In this document: piece by piece, positions 9,456-19,280 of the stretch
Layout of the letters: each line of letters starts with the position of its first letter
Numbering within the stretch: the first letter of the stretch is position 1
Source of the DNA: an uncultured Chloroflexia bacterium
GTDB lineage: Bacteria; Chloroflexota; Chloroflexia; Thermomicrobiales; UBA6265
Direction: 5' to 3'
DNA length: 64,000 nt
NCBI GenBank assembly: GCA_963724295.1
Contig: CAVRUC010000013.1
Coordinates: 192,001 to 256,000, forward strand
Notes under the pieces: model-generated
What the model saw: the letters and a program-made list of their open reading frames with translations, nothing else
What the model was told of the DNA's origin: nothing
Database searches by the model: none
Translations under genes and position numbers: made by a program

Positions 9456-10415
9456 ATACCCTCGCCGCTTGTCCACCATATTCAGCAACGTCTCTCCTTG
9501 CGCAAAGCGCAGCAAGTTCTCTCGCAGGATCTCGACGCAACGGCGCTCCTTCTCGGTCGAATCGCCCGCGGTGTGCGGCGTAATGACCACGTTCGGCGCG
9601 TCCCAGAGCCGGCTGTCAGGGGGGAGGGGCTCGACTTCCGTGACGTCGATCCCCGCTCCAGCCAGCCGCCCCTGGTGCAATGCGTCGGCGAGCGCGTCTT
9701 CATCGACGATGCCGCCGCGGGAGACGACGATCAGATACGCGTCTGGCTTCATGCGGGCCAGTGCCTCTGCATCGATGAGGTGATAGGACTCCGCGGTAAG
9801 CGGCGCGGCGATGACGACGACGTCAGACTGCTCCAGCAGGTCCGGGAGCCGCGCCATGTCCCACGTCTCGACGACGAACGGAGCCCCCGGCTCGGGATGA
9901 GGATCGACTGCCAGGACTTCCATGTCGAAGCCGCGCGCTCGCTGCGCCACCCCACGACCGATCGCGCCGTATCCGACGATGCCCATGGTCGACCCGCGCA
10001 TCTCGCGGCTTGTTCGGTAGAGCTCGCGCCGTGCCCAGTAGTGATCCCGCTGAGCCTGGATGCTCTCGGGGATGTGTCGCGTCAAGGCAAAGAGCAGGGC
10101 GAAGGTGTGTTCGCCGATCGAGGGACCGTGTGCGCCGCGGGTGTTGGTGAGAACGATGTCGCTCTCCACCAATTCGGTCAAGTCCTGCAAGTAATTGACC
10201 CCGGCGCTAGGAGACTGAATCCAGCGCAGCGACTTGGCGGCGCGCAAGAGATCCGCGGTTGGGAACCCGTAGAGCACATCCGCGTCGCAGATCTCCGTTG
10301 CCAGTTCCTCCGGCGTGGAGACCTGGACGATCCGCAACCCTTCGACCTTGAGGTCATCAAGCAGCGCGAAATGCGGAGCGCCTTCTGTCTGCGTCAGCAC
10401 GACCTTCACGTTCAT
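9453..10415 (-). CDS. D-2-hydroxyacid dehydrogenase
   Basis: GYGAIG, 'VSRGGIVDE', 'DVTEVEPLP', 'ITPHTAG'; AAGGAG RBS. Confidence 0.92.
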   Translation of the reverse strand: MNVKVVLTQTEGAPHFALLDDLKVEGLRIVQVSTPEELATEICDADVLYGFPTADLLRAAKSLRWIQSPSAGVNYLQDLTELVESDIVLTNTRGAHGPSIGEHTFALLFALTRHIPESIQAQRDHYWARRELYRTSREMRGSTMGIVGYGAIGRGVAQRARGFDMEVLAVDPHPEPGAPFVVETWDMARLPDLLEQSDVVVIAAPLTAESYHLIDAEALARMKPDAYLIVVSRGGIVDEDALADALHQGRLAGAGIDVTEVEPLPPDSRLWDAPNVVITPHTAGDSTEKERRCVEILRENLLRFAQGETLLNMVDKRRGY

Positions 10416-10685
10416 TGTCTGTTGCCGTCTCCTTGTCTCGCCTCTGTGAATCGCGATCATCGGACACGCTCGCGGCACGCCACGACGCCGATCACTTCCT
10501 CGCTTGTCTCAATCGGGCGCGAGCCCGGTACAGTGTTGAATGGCAGGGTATCGCAAACTTCAGCCGCCGCCACTCCCTCGTATACGGAGGCGGTGTCACG
10601 ACGGTCATGGATCACGCGTCGATCAGGCAGTTGTGGCATGCCGCACAAACTCAGCATCATGCACAGCGGAGGATTCTCCAAGAAG

Positions 10686-11507
10686 ATGGCATTCCACCCG
10701 GTACTCGACGAGTATCTCGCCCAGTGGGGCCTGACGCCCGATGGGACGCCGCTGACGACCCTCACCAGCATCCTGTTGCCGGTGCTTCAAGTTCAGGATG
10801 GGGCTGCGGCCATGCTCAAGGTCGCCACCGAGGCAGAGGAGCGGCGAGGCGCCGAATCGATGATCTGGTGGGATGGCGACGGCGCGGCTCGTGTGCTCGC
10901 CCACGACGGCGATGCCCTGCTCATGGAGCGAGCCACGGGCGAACAATCGCTGGTCGAGATGGCTCGGAGCGGTCACGATGACGAGGCAAGCCGCATCATC
11001 TGTGCCGTGGCGGCCAGCCTGCACGCACCGCGTGATCGTCCCCGTCCCTCGACACTCGTGCCACTGACGCAGTGGTTCGCGGAGCTCAGGCCCGCTGCCG
11101 AGCGCCACGGTGGTCTCCTCAGCCTGGCTGCCGCGACGGCACGTGAGCTCCTGGACCAGCCTCGAGACGTCGCCGTGCTGCACGGCGACATCCACCACGG
11201 CAATATCCTCGACTTTGGCTCCCGGGGGTGGCTGGCGATCGACCCGAAGCATCTCATCGGCGAACGCGCCTTCGATTTCGTCAATATTCTTCGCAATCCG
11301 GACGCTCAGGTCGCGTTGGCCCCCGGCCGTTTTTCGAGACAGGTGACCGTGGTGGCTGACGCGGCTGGACTCGATCGTGCGCGCTTGCTGAAATGGACTC
11401 TGGCCTTCACTGGTCTCTCCGCCGCCTGGATTCTCGGCGACGGGAACCAACCCGCACTGGACCTCGCGGTGGCCGAGCTTGCGGCAGCCGAGCTCAGCCG
11501 AGCGTGA
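10686..11507 (+). CDS. Aminoglycoside/hydroxyurea phosphotransferase, APH(6)/StrB-like
   Basis: 'AMLKV', 'WWDGDGAARVLA', 'LHGDIHHGNILDFGSRGWLAIDPK', 'GERAFD'; GGAGGA upstream. The ORF-track extension to 9498 is antisense shadow. Confidence 0.85.
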   Translation: MAFHPVLDEYLAQWGLTPDGTPLTTLTSILLPVLQVQDGAAAMLKVATEAEERRGAESMIWWDGDGAARVLAHDGDALLMERATGEQSLVEMARSGHDDEASRIICAVAASLHAPRDRPRPSTLVPLTQWFAELRPAAERHGGLLSLAAATARELLDQPRDVAVLHGDIHHGNILDFGSRGWLAIDPKHLIGERAFDFVNILRNPDAQVALAPGRFSRQVTVVADAAGLDRARLLKWTLAFTGLSAAWILGDGNQPALDLAVAELAAAELSRA

Positions 11508-11535
11508 TCTCCAACAGCCCGTCGGCCGTCGTACC

Positions 11536-11564
11536 TCCGACTCCCGACTTCCGACTCCCGACTC
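11536..11564. repeat. Heptamer tandem repeat (CTCCCGA-like) between convergent genes
   Basis: ctccga-ctcccga-cttccga-ctcccga-ctc. Confidence 0.7.
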
Positions 11565-11566
11565 GT

Positions 11567-12397
11567 CTAGTACCGCACCGCCGCCCCGGCTACGCCGTCG
11601 CCGATCTCCACCGCGTCGGCCCGCGTCCAGTTCAGCTCCGCCAGGTCCGCGCGCAGCCCGGAGAGCATGTATCGCAGCTCGCTGGCCAACGCACAGAACT
11701 GGAAGCCCTCGGCGATGCGTTGGTTGACACCAGCCGCGCCCGAGGTGTGGATGCCCGGTGCCACGCCGTTGCGCACACAGGCATTGCGAATCTCGGCGAT
11801 GGCTTCTACTAAGCGCGGTTCATCGCTCTCGAGGGGTACGCCGAGTCCCATGCCCATCGAGGCGGCGAGATCGTTTGGTCCAATGAAGCAGGCGTCGACC
11901 CCCGGCACGCTCAGAATGGCGTCGGCGTTCTCCACTCCCTGAATGTGCTCGATCTGAAGCACGACCAGGATCTGGTCGTTCGCGTTGCGGAAATACTCCT
12001 CGGCTCCGGCATCGAACGACATCGGGAAGCGCCCGCCGCCGACGCTGCGGCTCCCATCGGGGTAGTAGCGGGCCGCCGAGACGGCCTGCTCGGCCTCTTC
12101 CCGGGAGTTGACCATCGGCACGACCACGCCCCAGGCGCCAGCATCGAGCACCCGCTTGAAGTTCTCGGGGCTATTCCACGGGATACGCACCATCGGGGCG
12201 GTACTGCTGGCGGCCATCGCCGCGAACATCTGGGCCAGGGTCCGGATATCGACCGGGTTGTGCTCGGTATCGACCACCAGCCAGTCGAAGTCAAGGCGAC
12301 TGACGTATTCCGCGGCCTCGGGCGAGGGGAGAGACAGCCAGGTGCCGATCGACGGCTCCCCGGCCGCGAGTCGTCGCCGAACATGGTTTGCGCGCAC
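11567..12397 (-). CDS. HpcH/HpaI class II aldolase (GarL/RhmA-like)
   Basis: 'DWLVVDTEH', 'KRVLDAGA.GVVVPMV', 'QIEH', 'FIGPNDL'. Confidence 0.9.
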   Translation of the reverse strand: MRANHVRRRLAAGEPSIGTWLSLPSPEAAEYVSRLDFDWLVVDTEHNPVDIRTLAQMFAAMAASSTAPMVRIPWNSPENFKRVLDAGAWGVVVPMVNSREEAEQAVSAARYYPDGSRSVGGGRFPMSFDAGAEEYFRNANDQILVVLQIEHIQGVENADAILSVPGVDACFIGPNDLAASMGMGLGVPLESDEPRLVEAIAEIRNACVRNGVAPGIHTSGAAGVNQRIAEGFQFCALASELRYMLSGLRADLAELNWTRADAVEIGDGVAGAAVRY

Positions 12398-12413
12398 GGT
12401 TGGTCTCCTTCGG

Positions 12414-13661
12414 TTATTGGCGGGTCTGGACGCTGCCAGTCATGTTGGGCATGCTCGACCATTGCAACGCTTCTTCGGACTCGATCTTGTCGGGATCGAT
12501 CTCGACGCCCAAACCGGGGCGGTCGGAGACGGAGATCATGCCGTCGACGGGTTTGACCGGCTCCTGCCAGAAGAACTGGAGCAGCTCGTTCCACTTCACG
12601 AGGTACTCGACCATCGGGGCGAGCAACTCCGGGGTTGCCATGGTCAGATGGGTGTTGGCCGGCACGGAGTGGCCATGGGCGATCACCGGGATGTCGTAGG
12701 TAGAGGCCAGGGTGCAGATCTTCACCATCTCGGAGAGACCACCCGCCCAGAACGTATCCGCCTGCAAGACATCCGCCGCGCCCGCGTCGAGGAGCGCTTT
12801 TTGGCCCCAGCGGGTGTACTCGTGCTCGCCCGTGGCGATTGGGACCGGCGACAGATGCCGGATCTCCGCACAGAGCTCGATCTTGTCGGGCATCACCGGC
12901 TCCTCGATCCAGCGGATATCGAGGTGGGCCACGCGGCGAGCGAACTCGAGGGTGTAGGGCCGGTTCCAGGTCATCCAGGCGTCGAGCATGATATCGACGT
13001 CCGGACCGGCCGCGTCACGCAGCGTCTCGGCCAGCTCGATGTTGCGCGCCATGCCCTCGCGGCCATCGGTCGGTCCCCAGCGAGGGAACCATTTCAGCGC
13101 GCGGAATCCTTCGGCCACCTTCTCGCGAGTCCGCTTGTGAGCGAGCTCGGGTTCGATGCTGTAGCCAAGCATGGAGGCATAGGCGGGAGCCGAGGGTCGC
13201 ACGGGGCCACCCAGGAGACGGTAGACGGGCTGCTGCAGCCATCGCCCCTTGAGGTCCCAGAGCGCGCAGTCGATGGCGCTGATGGCCATCATCGTCGTGC
13301 CCTTGCGACCATGCACCGCCTCGCGGTACATCAGATCCCAGGCACGCTCGGTGGCGAGCGGATCGATATCCTGGAGCAGACCGCGGAATTCGCGATCGAT
13401 GACCCAGGCGACCTCGTGGGGGATTGGTCCGGCCAGACCGGTGACACCCTCGTCGGTATCGATCTCGAGAAAGACCGAGATGACGCGGGACCGCCCGGGT
13501 TCGATCGGTTGCGGCATCCAGTAGCCGTCGGCGGCTGTCCGCGCCTTGTGCTCGGGGTAGACGTCGATCGGCCGCGCCAGCCGCTCCTCCCAGAACGGCT
13601 GCTCGTGCTCCATGATGCCGGTCAGCTGCCGCAGCCGCAGACCCGTGATCCGCACGTCCAT
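12414..13661 (-). CDS. Mandelate racemase/enolase superfamily sugar-acid dehydratase (RhmD-like)
   Basis: 'AISAIDCALWDLKG', 'MLDAWM', 'WIEEP', 'ATGEHEYTRWG', 'AHGHS'. Confidence 0.88.
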   Translation of the reverse strand: MDVRITGLRLRQLTGIMEHEQPFWEERLARPIDVYPEHKARTAADGYWMPQPIEPGRSRVISVFLEIDTDEGVTGLAGPIPHEVAWVIDREFRGLLQDIDPLATERAWDLMYREAVHGRKGTTMMAISAIDCALWDLKGRWLQQPVYRLLGGPVRPSAPAYASMLGYSIEPELAHKRTREKVAEGFRALKWFPRWGPTDGREGMARNIELAETLRDAAGPDVDIMLDAWMTWNRPYTLEFARRVAHLDIRWIEEPVMPDKIELCAEIRHLSPVPIATGEHEYTRWGQKALLDAGAADVLQADTFWAGGLSEMVKICTLASTYDIPVIAHGHSVPANTHLTMATPELLAPMVEYLVKWNELLQFFWQEPVKPVDGMISVSDRPGLGVEIDPDKIESEEALQWSSMPNMTGSVQTRQ

Positions 13662-13927
13662 CCCCTCCCGGCCGGCCTGACCGGATATCCGGCAATCAAG
13701 CCGTCAAGACCCTCTCTTCAGCGAGGGATGATGGTAGCGGTCTCGTTGGGGACTGTCTACAAACGATCGCCCTTCATTCCCGGCACGTCTCTTCCTCTAG
13801 ACCCTCGAAGCGGGGAGAAGCGAGCACGCACGTCGCTCGGGGCACAAACGCAACTACTGAGTCGCTGGCGAATCAGTGCTGGGCCAAATGCTGATTCCTC
13901 CGCGACGCAGTTACTGCGATGCGGCAA

Positions 13928-15289
13928 CTACCACCAGCTTGCCAGCCACATGCGCAGATCGACCTGCTCTGGACTAAGGGGAATCGCGGTATGGATGGGA
14001 TAGAACCAGGCGAAAGTGGCAACCACGGCAAGCGCATAACCAGCCGCGGCCACGCGAGGCACCCCACCCCGCCTCCAGGCGCCGGTGAGAACGAGCGCGA
14101 TGGCGACGCAGCCAAGCGGAACCACGGGCATGAAGTGGTAGATAAACGTGCCGCGTGGGGAGAATGCCCAGGGCAGCCATTGCCCGAAGAACCCGATGAC
14201 GAGGATCAGCACCGCCGTGGAGCGCCGGCCCCACCAGTCGATGAGCACCCAGGCAACGGCGATAACCATGGGCCAGTACAGAAGCGGGTTGCCATTGGCG
14301 AAGACAAAGGCGCCCTCTCGCCGGCGTTCCTCGACGAAGTACCACACCCCGCGCGCCGCCAGCGGCCATTGCCACCATGGCGAAGAATCGTCGTGGACGA
14401 CGCCCAGGTTGCGGTGGTAGGCAAGCATGTCCCGGTGTAAGGCGATGAAATCTGTCCAGTCGTGGCCTGTAAGCCAGAAGTGCAGGTACGACGCCAGGTA
14501 GATGGCGAGCGGGAGTGCCACCAGCGCGATCGGCGCCCAGAGGAGATGAGCTCGTAGCCCGGCCTGAACCTCTGGCGCCGGGTTCTGGTTCGTCTCGCGT
14601 GCGAGGCGCCAAAGCTGAATCGTTCGCCAGCAAACGACCGACCCGATGAGGACGGCGAGGGCGATGCCGCTCCATTTGGTCGCCATCCCAAGTCCGATGA
14701 ACAGGCCCGTTGCCAGGAGTGGCGGGCCTACGCGCTCCGGCGACACCGTCAGCACGCGGTAAAGCGCGAGGAGGGCGGCGTTAGCGAAGACGAGCACGAA
14801 CAGGTTGGACATGCCGGTCCGTGATTCGACCAGGTACAGACCGTCCATCAGGAGCAGTCCGGCAGCCGCCCCGCTCGTAGCACGGCTGCCCGTCAGTGAG
14901 AGCGCCAGGAGATAGGCAACGACTACGCCCGCAACCCCGAACACGACGCTCGCGATACGCCATCCAAGCGGGTTGTCACCGGCGACAAGGATGCCTCCGG
15001 CAATAAACAGCTTGGCCAGTGGCGGGTGGGTCCACTCGATGGCCGGGTCCTCGCGGGGCGGTATCTCTGTGCTGTAGGCCTCGTCACCGGCGACGTACTT
15101 CCCTGCCGTGTAGGCGTAATAGAGCTCGTCGAAGACATAGACAGCCGGAGTCGTCAGGCGGGGCAGGGAGAGGGCGAGCGCAAGTACGATGAGCGCCAGC
15201 GGGATGACCGCGGCACGCCACCTTGCTCCATAACCACGCGCTTCGTGATCGAATCGGGACAGGGCCGGGTTGGCGCCCACTGGCAGCAT
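13928..15289 (-). CDS. Lipid-carrier-dependent glycosyltransferase (protein O-mannosyltransferase, GT39/PMT-like)
   Basis: 'VFDELYY', 'HPPLAKLFIA', 'GWR', 'ATKWSG', 'H...SSPWWQWP', 'GNPLL.W', 'FIYHFMP', terminal 'R.WL.SW'. Confidence 0.85.
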   Translation of the reverse strand: MLPVGANPALSRFDHEARGYGARWRAAVIPLALIVLALALSLPRLTTPAVYVFDELYYAYTAGKYVAGDEAYSTEIPPREDPAIEWTHPPLAKLFIAGGILVAGDNPLGWRIASVVFGVAGVVVAYLLALSLTGSRATSGAAAGLLLMDGLYLVESRTGMSNLFVLVFANAALLALYRVLTVSPERVGPPLLATGLFIGLGMATKWSGIALAVLIGSVVCWRTIQLWRLARETNQNPAPEVQAGLRAHLLWAPIALVALPLAIYLASYLHFWLTGHDWTDFIALHRDMLAYHRNLGVVHDDSSPWWQWPLAARGVWYFVEERRREGAFVFANGNPLLYWPMVIAVAWVLIDWWGRRSTAVLILVIGFFGQWLPWAFSPRGTFIYHFMPVVPLGCVAIALVLTGAWRRGGVPRVAAAGYALAVVATFAWFYPIHTAIPLSPEQVDLRMWLASWW

Positions 15290-15470
15290 GACGTCGCGGG
15301 TGGGAAAGCGTGCACGCTCCCACCCGCGACACTCCCAACCCGCCGGCTGTTCGAGCCGGGGAAGGATTCCAGAGAACGGCTAATCGTCGTCGCCCTGCCA
15401 GGCCAGCGCACGACCCAGCGCGGCGCCGTCAAGTCCGGCGGCCGGCGACCCGGCATCTCCGGCCGGACCG

Positions 15471-15791
15471 TTAGTCATCGTCCCAGACGTCATCATCCCA
15501 GTCGTCATCCCACCCGGAACCGCCGGAGCCGCCGGAACCACCGCTCCCGCCGCTACCGGTGAAGACCACGTCGTCGTCCCAACCGCTACCGCCCGAGCCA
15601 CCCGATGCGACAAAGCCGCCACTTGGAGCAAAGACGTCGTCGTCCCATCCATCGTCATCGTGTGCCAACGCACCCGACAACCCCGCGCCAGCGAATCCGA
15701 TGATGCCGAGCGCGGCGACAGCGACTTTTGCGAATCGGCGCCGAGAAACTGATCGGCCGCTCTCGAAATTCACGTGAGAACCTTGAATCAT
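15471..15791 (-). CDS. Small Tat-exported Asp/Gly-rich peptide with WDDD repeats (106 aa)
   Basis: AAGGAG RBS; SRRRFAK twin-Arg motif, hydrophobic stretch, ALA|H cleavage site; 63-aa mature part with 5 WDDD and GGS linkers. Confidence 0.8.
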   Translation of the reverse strand: MIQGSHVNFESGRSVSRRRFAKVAVAALGIIGFAGAGLSGALAHDDDGWDDDVFAPSGGFVASGGSGGSGWDDDVVFTGSGGSGGSGGSGGSGWDDDWDDDVWDDD

Positions 15792-16086
15792 GCGACGCTC
15801 CTTTGATCGATTCCGCTTCCCTTGCCGCCATCGGCAAGACCGAACCCGATTCGGCCGGTCGGGAGTGAAGGCGACCTGTTTATCGCCGTCCCTACCTCCG
15901 TGGCCCCAGCACACCGCGTGGGGCTTGCATGTCTCAGTATCAGCACCGGCAACCCGCTCGGTAACCGGCGAAGGTCTACGTTCGTGGCCCGACCTTGGAC
16001 CGCGCTGGGGTCCGACTTTGGTCGGATGGGATGACCTCCTCCCCATGCCATACTCGGGAACCAGATGAGAGAAGGCGACCTACGGA

Positions 16087-17514
16087 ATGGATGCCAACGC
16101 GCGTTTGGGGATCGAGCGGCTCAGCCCAGCACAGCGATTCATGCTGGGGAGTCTCGCCATCCTCGCCATCGGCATGGCTGGTATCGGCGCGTGGGTCACG
16201 AGTCAGATCAAGGAGGGTGTCGTCGACCGCACAGCGGCGACGACGGCGCTCTACGTCGATAGCCTGGTCGCTCCGCCGCTGCAAGACCTGACCGAGGCAA
16301 ACGCGCTCACCCCTGAATCCATCGATCGACTTGACTGGCTGTTCGAAGACACCCCGCTTGGCCAGGAAGTGGTCGTCTTTCAGGTCTGGGATCCCACCGG
16401 CCAGATTGTCTACAGCACCGTCCCGAGTCTGGTCGGTCAGCAATTTCAGGTCGAGGAAGAGCTCGCTCGCGCGCTCACGGGTGAGGTTTCCGCACATATT
16501 GGTGAGCCCGAAGGTGCGGGCGAGCTACCGCCTGACATCCCGCATGACGATCTGATCGAGATCTACAGCCCGATCCGCGGCCGCAGCACCGGCGAGGTGA
16601 TCGCGGCCGCCGAGTTCTACTACGCCACCGATGCCCTGGCGGGCGATGTCGCCGCGGCGCAGCGCAGAAGCTGGTTGGTGGTGGGTGGAGCCACGGTCGT
16701 CATCTATGTGCTGCTAGCAACCTTTATCCAACGTATCAGCAATACCGTTCGCCGCCAGCAGCGGAAGCTCAGCGATCAAGTTACCCGGCTGACCGAGGTC
16801 GTCCAGCAGAATCAGGAGCTCCACGAGCGGGTACGCGGGGCGGCGGCCCGCACTGCTGCACTCAATGAGCGATTCCTGCGCCGGTTCAGTGCCGAGCTAC
16901 ACGATGGCCCGGCACAAGAGATCAGCCTGGCATTGTTGCGGCTGGACCACCTGGCTGCACTGGCAGGCGCCGGCCAATGCGACGGGTCGGTGAAGGCTGA
17001 GATCGATCGTGAGTTGGAAGTGATCCAGGGCAGCCTGCGGAGATCGCTCAAGGACGTTCGCGCTACCTCCAGCGGTTTGCTCTTGCCCCATCTCGGCGGG
17101 CTGACTGTTGCCCAGACGCTCGAGCATGTCGTGCGCGGCCACCAGCGACGAACCGGTCTGGCGGCTGAGATCGTACAACGCGATCTTCCCGCCCAGGCGC
17201 CGCTGGCCACGAAGATCGCGTTGTACCGAATTGTCCAGGAGGCGCTGAACAACGCCTGGCGGCATGCCGAGGGCGCGGTGCCGAGGGTCACGGTTACCGA
17301 GGCTGATGACCGGCTCGTCGTCGAGGTCGCCGATCCTGGCCCCGGCTTCGATCCAGCAGTCGTCCAGGGATCAGAAGCGCACCTGGGCCTCGTCAGCATG
17401 CGTGAGCGGGCCGAGAGCCTGGGCGGTCAGTTCAACGTCGACAGCGCGCCGGGAAGAGGCACCCGCGCCGTTGCAACGCTCCCATTGGGGAATACGGGAG
17501 GTCCTGATGCCTGA
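16087..17514 (+). CDS. Membrane sensor histidine kinase (HisKA_3/NarX-like)
   Basis: Two TM helices; 'ELHDGPAQ' H-box, 'RIVQEALNNAWRHA', 'DPGPGF', 'HLGLVSMRERAE', 'GRGT'. Confidence 0.92.
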   Translation: MDANARLGIERLSPAQRFMLGSLAILAIGMAGIGAWVTSQIKEGVVDRTAATTALYVDSLVAPPLQDLTEANALTPESIDRLDWLFEDTPLGQEVVVFQVWDPTGQIVYSTVPSLVGQQFQVEEELARALTGEVSAHIGEPEGAGELPPDIPHDDLIEIYSPIRGRSTGEVIAAAEFYYATDALAGDVAAAQRRSWLVVGGATVVIYVLLATFIQRISNTVRRQQRKLSDQVTRLTEVVQQNQELHERVRGAAARTAALNERFLRRFSAELHDGPAQEISLALLRLDHLAALAGAGQCDGSVKAEIDRELEVIQGSLRRSLKDVRATSSGLLLPHLGGLTVAQTLEHVVRGHQRRTGLAAEIVQRDLPAQAPLATKIALYRIVQEALNNAWRHAEGAVPRVTVTEADDRLVVEVADPGPGFDPAVVQGSEAHLGLVSMRERAESLGGQFNVDSAPGRGTRAVATLPLGNTGGPDA

Positions 17515-18160
17515 GACGCTCCATGTTGCGATCGTCGACGACCATCCATTGTTTCGGGAAGGTGTGGCCCACACCCTGGCCGCTCAGCCGGACATCGAGA
17601 TCGTCGGCGAGGGGGAATCGGCGGCTGATGCCATCCGCATCGCCGCCGAACGAATACCGGATGTCATGTTGCTCGATGTGTCGATGCCCGGTGGCGGGCT
17701 CAGCGCGGTGAGGGAGATTGCGGCTGCCTTCCCCGTGATCAAGCTGGTGATGCTGACGGTCTCAGAGGATGAGGACGACGTGACCACCGCGCTTCGCGCG
17801 GGCGCCCGAGGCTACGTGCTGAAAGGCGTTGCCGCCCGGGAGCTCGTCCGCATCATGCGAGCGGTAGCATCCGGTGAGGTCTATGTCACGCCATCCCTCG
17901 CGGCGAGCCTCCTGTTCGAGCTGAGTGGCGGAAAAACCGGCGCGCAGACCACCAGTCCACTTGACGATCTTACCGAGCGGGAGCGTCAGATCCTGGAGCG
18001 GGTCGCCGCCGGCGATAGCAACAAAGAGATCGGCACGCAGTTGCATCTGACCGAGAAGACGGTCAAGCACCATATGACGAACATCTTGCAAAAGCTCCAG
18101 GTGCGCAACCGCGTTGAGGCTGCGCTGATGGCACGCGCCCGCGAGCGGTCGGAACGTTGA
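17507..18160 (+). CDS. NarL/LuxR-family response regulator
   Basis: 'VDDHPLFREG', 'LLDVSMPG', 'GYVLKG', 'LTERERQIL...SNKEI...TVKHH'. Confidence 0.95.
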   Translation: MPETLHVAIVDDHPLFREGVAHTLAAQPDIEIVGEGESAADAIRIAAERIPDVMLLDVSMPGGGLSAVREIAAAFPVIKLVMLTVSEDEDDVTTALRAGARGYVLKGVAARELVRIMRAVASGEVYVTPSLAASLLFELSGGKTGAQTTSPLDDLTERERQILERVAAGDSNKEIGTQLHLTEKTVKHHMTNILQKLQVRNRVEAALMARARERSER

Positions 18161-18412
18161 CGCTCCCTGATGGCCGCTTTGAGCGTTGGTTTCCACGTTC
18201 AAGTGTCCGGATCGGCAAGCCGAACGAGTCTTTCACTCGCGGCATCGGGATCATGGCTACGCCTCGACTCTAATCGGCTTCGCAATGATTTGCATGAGAT
18301 GAGTGCTTTCCAGATAGAGGCTCTCGAGATATGCACATATGTTAGGAAGTAGGACACCCCCGCCGCCCTCGACAGTCACGATCGGGGCATCCATCCCGCT
18401 ATCCCGCTTCGT

Positions 18413-19237
18413 TCACCCAAACAGCCGCAGGCCAGGTACGTCGACTCGGGTTTGGTAGAGCGACGCCGTCTCGACGTCGGTGATGACGAGCGTCCGCCGG
18501 TCGGCCCCCCCGAACGCCACATTGGTGACCTTGGCGCCAGGGACGGGGATTTCCTCGATCATCTCGCCGGATGGAGCAAAGACCGCGACTTTACCTCCAC
18601 CGTAGTGAGCGACGTAAAGATTGCCGGCTTCATCGAACGCCATGCCGTCCGGACCTTCCCCGCCGGGGAGGAAGGCAAAATCTTCACGTCCGCCTATGAC
18701 GCCAGCCGACTCGATCGGGTAGCGCAGGATGCGGTTGTGATAGGTCTCTGCCAAATAGACGGCGGTGCCGTCGGCATTGATCGCGACGCCATTGGGGAAG
18801 GCCAGGCCGTGGTCGATGCGCTCCAGACGACCATCCGGGAAGAGGCGGTAGAACCCACCGATCGGATTTTCGGCCGATGACCTCCAGGGATCCGAGAAGT
18901 AAAGGACGCCGTTGCTATCGAACACCAGATCGTTGGCGCCGTTGAGCGGCTGCCCTTCGAATTCATTGACGAGGATCGTCCCCCGGCCATTGGCGACACG
19001 AAGCACGCCATGGATCTCGTCCCCCTCATCCGCGACGTAGAGGGTGCCGTCGCGATGAAAGGCCAGCCCAGCCGGGATTCCGCCGGTGTTGTAGTACTCG
19101 GAGGCATCACCCTCCGGGGTCAAGCGAACGATCGCGCTGCTCAACCAGTTCACAAAATAGAGGTTGCCGTCCTGGTCGAACGCCGGCCCCTCGGGCGAGT
19201 CGTAGCCAGAGATCAACACAGTGACCGGCGGCGTCAT
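18413..19237 (-). CDS. SMP-30/gluconolactonase family protein
   Basis: 'PEGP', 'NDL', 'FPNG', 'PDGMAFD', 'TNVAFGG'. Confidence 0.9.
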   Translation of the reverse strand: MTPPVTVLISGYDSPEGPAFDQDGNLYFVNWLSSAIVRLTPEGDASEYYNTGGIPAGLAFHRDGTLYVADEGDEIHGVLRVANGRGTILVNEFEGQPLNGANDLVFDSNGVLYFSDPWRSSAENPIGGFYRLFPDGRLERIDHGLAFPNGVAINADGTAVYLAETYHNRILRYPIESAGVIGGREDFAFLPGGEGPDGMAFDEAGNLYVAHYGGGKVAVFAPSGEMIEEIPVPGAKVTNVAFGGADRRTLVITDVETASLYQTRVDVPGLRLFG

Positions 19238-19280
19238 CGCTCACTATTCTCCTCGTTGATCGGTCCATTCACAGGCGAAG

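Noticed and set aside
9498..10685. N-terminal 396 codons of the 669-aa ORF, suggesting a large fusion protein
   Set aside because: It is mostly the antisense shadow of the hydroxyacid dehydrogenase; the kinase has its own SD and ATG at 10686.
12108..14003. 631-aa + strand ORF
   Set aside because: Antisense shadow of the aldolase and dehydratase genes, typical of high-GC DNA; no recognisable motifs.
18161..18412. AT-richer gap after the response regulator
   Set aside because: No credible ORF, repeat or structure could be supported.
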